Shown: piece after piece, positions 16,396 through 17,733 of the stretch
How positions within the stretch are numbered: position 1 is the first letter of the stretch
Layout: every line of letters begins with the position of its first letter
Origin: Candidatus Bathyarchaeota archaeon
Lineage (GTDB): Archaea; Thermoproteota; Bathyarchaeia; Bathyarchaeales; Bathycorpusculaceae
DNA: 17,733 nt
Assembly: GCA_963768425.1 (NCBI GenBank)
Contig: CAVYHV010000005.1
Location: 1-17,733 of the forward strand
Direction of reading: 5' to 3'
The notes under the pieces: model-generated
Database searches by the model: none
Told to the model about the DNA's origin: nothing
What the model saw: only the letters and a program-made list of their open reading frames with translations
Position numbers and translations under genes: made by a program

Positions 16396-17654
16396 CTAAA
16401 TTTGGTATTTTTCCCCTGTCTTCGGCGCCACCGCATCCAGTCCCAATGTGGTTTTCGCCCAGTTCGCAAGCAATTCACAGTTGCCTTCTGCCCCGTGCAC
16501 AGCAAAAACTTTTGGTTTGCCGCCGAGGCGTCTTAGTCCTTCTTTAAGATGGCTTGCACCGCAGTGAGAGGAGAAGTCGAAATGCTTGTACTGAGCTTTG
16601 ACTTTTTGCACTTTGCCGTCAATCGTCGTTACACCTTTCTCTAACAACTGTTTGCCAGGGGTTCCTGGAATTTGATAGCTAACTAGGAAAATAGCGTTTG
16701 CGGGTTTTTTGCCGATTTTGGAAATGTAAAACTGGGATGGACCGCCTTTCAACATGCCTGCAGGTGAAATGATCACGCACGGATCCTTTGTTGCTCTACG
16801 GCGGTCGCGCCAACCGTCAACCCAGTCAAGCGAATGCATGGCGTTCGTGAAAAGCCGCGGGTCCCTTAGAAACTCCTTATGATCCATTATTATTCTGCTT
16901 GCTTCCCGAGCCATCCCATCTAAAACTATCGGAAACTCAAAGTGGTGCGCTGCCAACACACAGGCAATCTCCTGCGCTCGCCCCACGCCGAAAGCGGGCA
17001 CCAGAACAGTTCCGCCGCGCTCAACTATGTCGCTTGCCGCTTCCGCGAAGTTTTTTTCAAGCTCAGGACGTGCAGTGTGATCTTCGTTTGCGTAAGTGCT
17101 TTCGGTTATAATTGCGTCAAAGTCGCCGTAATCCATGGTTGCGCCTTTAAGAAGCATGGTGTCTTCCATGTTGTAGTCGCCCGTAAAAAGAATCCGCTTG
17201 CCGTCTGCTTCAACCTGCACCTGCGCGCTTCCAGGAGTGTGCCCAGCGTCAAGCAGTTTTACCTTCATGTCGCCGATGGTTTGTTCTACGCCGAAGTCCA
17301 AGATGATGGTTACTCCGCATCAAGGTTTTAAGTTCCAAGATACTCAAAAGGCAAATAGTAACCTGACAAGTGGATGAAATCTTGAATTAGAATCTGCGTT
17401 AACTCAAGGTTAAGCCTGTTCGTGTAGAGGGGTTTCTCATCGTTGATGTAGAATATTGGCAGCGCGCCTGAATGGTCCAAGTGACTGTGAGTAAGAATTA
17501 AACCGTCTACTTCTTTGGGCGGAACATGCATTGGGAACCCAGGCTGGTTGGCAAGCATGACTCCGTAGTCTAAAATAATCTGGGTCTTCTCTGTTTTGAC
17601 GGATATGCCCATTCTGCCGACTTCTCTTGCGCCGCCTAAAAATCCAATCTGCAA
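16396..17654 (-). CDS. MBL-fold/beta-CASP ribonuclease (aCPSF2-like, no N-terminal KH domains), with two +1 frameshifts at ~17336 and ~17299
   Basis: FLGGAREVGR, LDYG, THSHLDHSG, AGHTPGS, FTGD, ESTY, GRAQE, AGML.GG, FSSH and VHG motifs. Removing one G from each CTTGG gives ...PFEYL-ELKTLMRSNHHL-DFGVEQ..., joining ORFs 17328-17663 and 16396-17301. Start is TTG 17654 or 17663. Confidence 0.9.
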
Positions 17655-17733
17655 GCAAACCAATCCTTTATCTTATTGTCCTTAGGTTTTCCCCTTAAAC
17701 ATTTAGAAATTGACTGTGCTCTTTTAAAAACAT

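Noticed and set aside
17295-17340. Programmed frameshifting in the beta-CASP nuclease gene
   Set aside because: No slippery heptamer. Two separate shifts 37 nt apart would be needed, and the same insertion type occurs elsewhere in the window, so sequencing error is more likely.

Overview
Archaeal chromosomal window, most likely Bathyarchaeia. That assignment is inferred from eL13 plus eL15, archaeal RNase P proteins, a presenilin homologue, porCDAB, and a REC-multiPAS kinase whose tail overlaps a response-regulator start. Gene order: 5'-truncated REC-6xPAS-histidine kinase, a response-regulator relic, Rieske ferredoxin, B12-binding radical SAM protein (Grs/Gms-like), porCDAB, a DRE-TIM acetyl-CoA condensing enzyme with Re-citrate-synthase-like features, the rpl15e-rpl13e-COG1325-rnp3-rnp2 operon with a structured eL15-type leader, a single-TRAM gene missed by the ORF track, a YkgJ-type Cys-cluster protein, DUF362, a presenilin-like protease and an MBL/beta-CASP nuclease. 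Several genes carry single-base insertions that look like read or assembly errors. The most unusual signal is a non-coding ~140-bp element present twice in opposite orientations (3859-3998 and 15221-15360). Each copy has about 7 tandem 10-bp T-tract units followed by a 60-bp core; the cores are 47/60 identical without gaps, and each copy sits at the 3' end of a gene.
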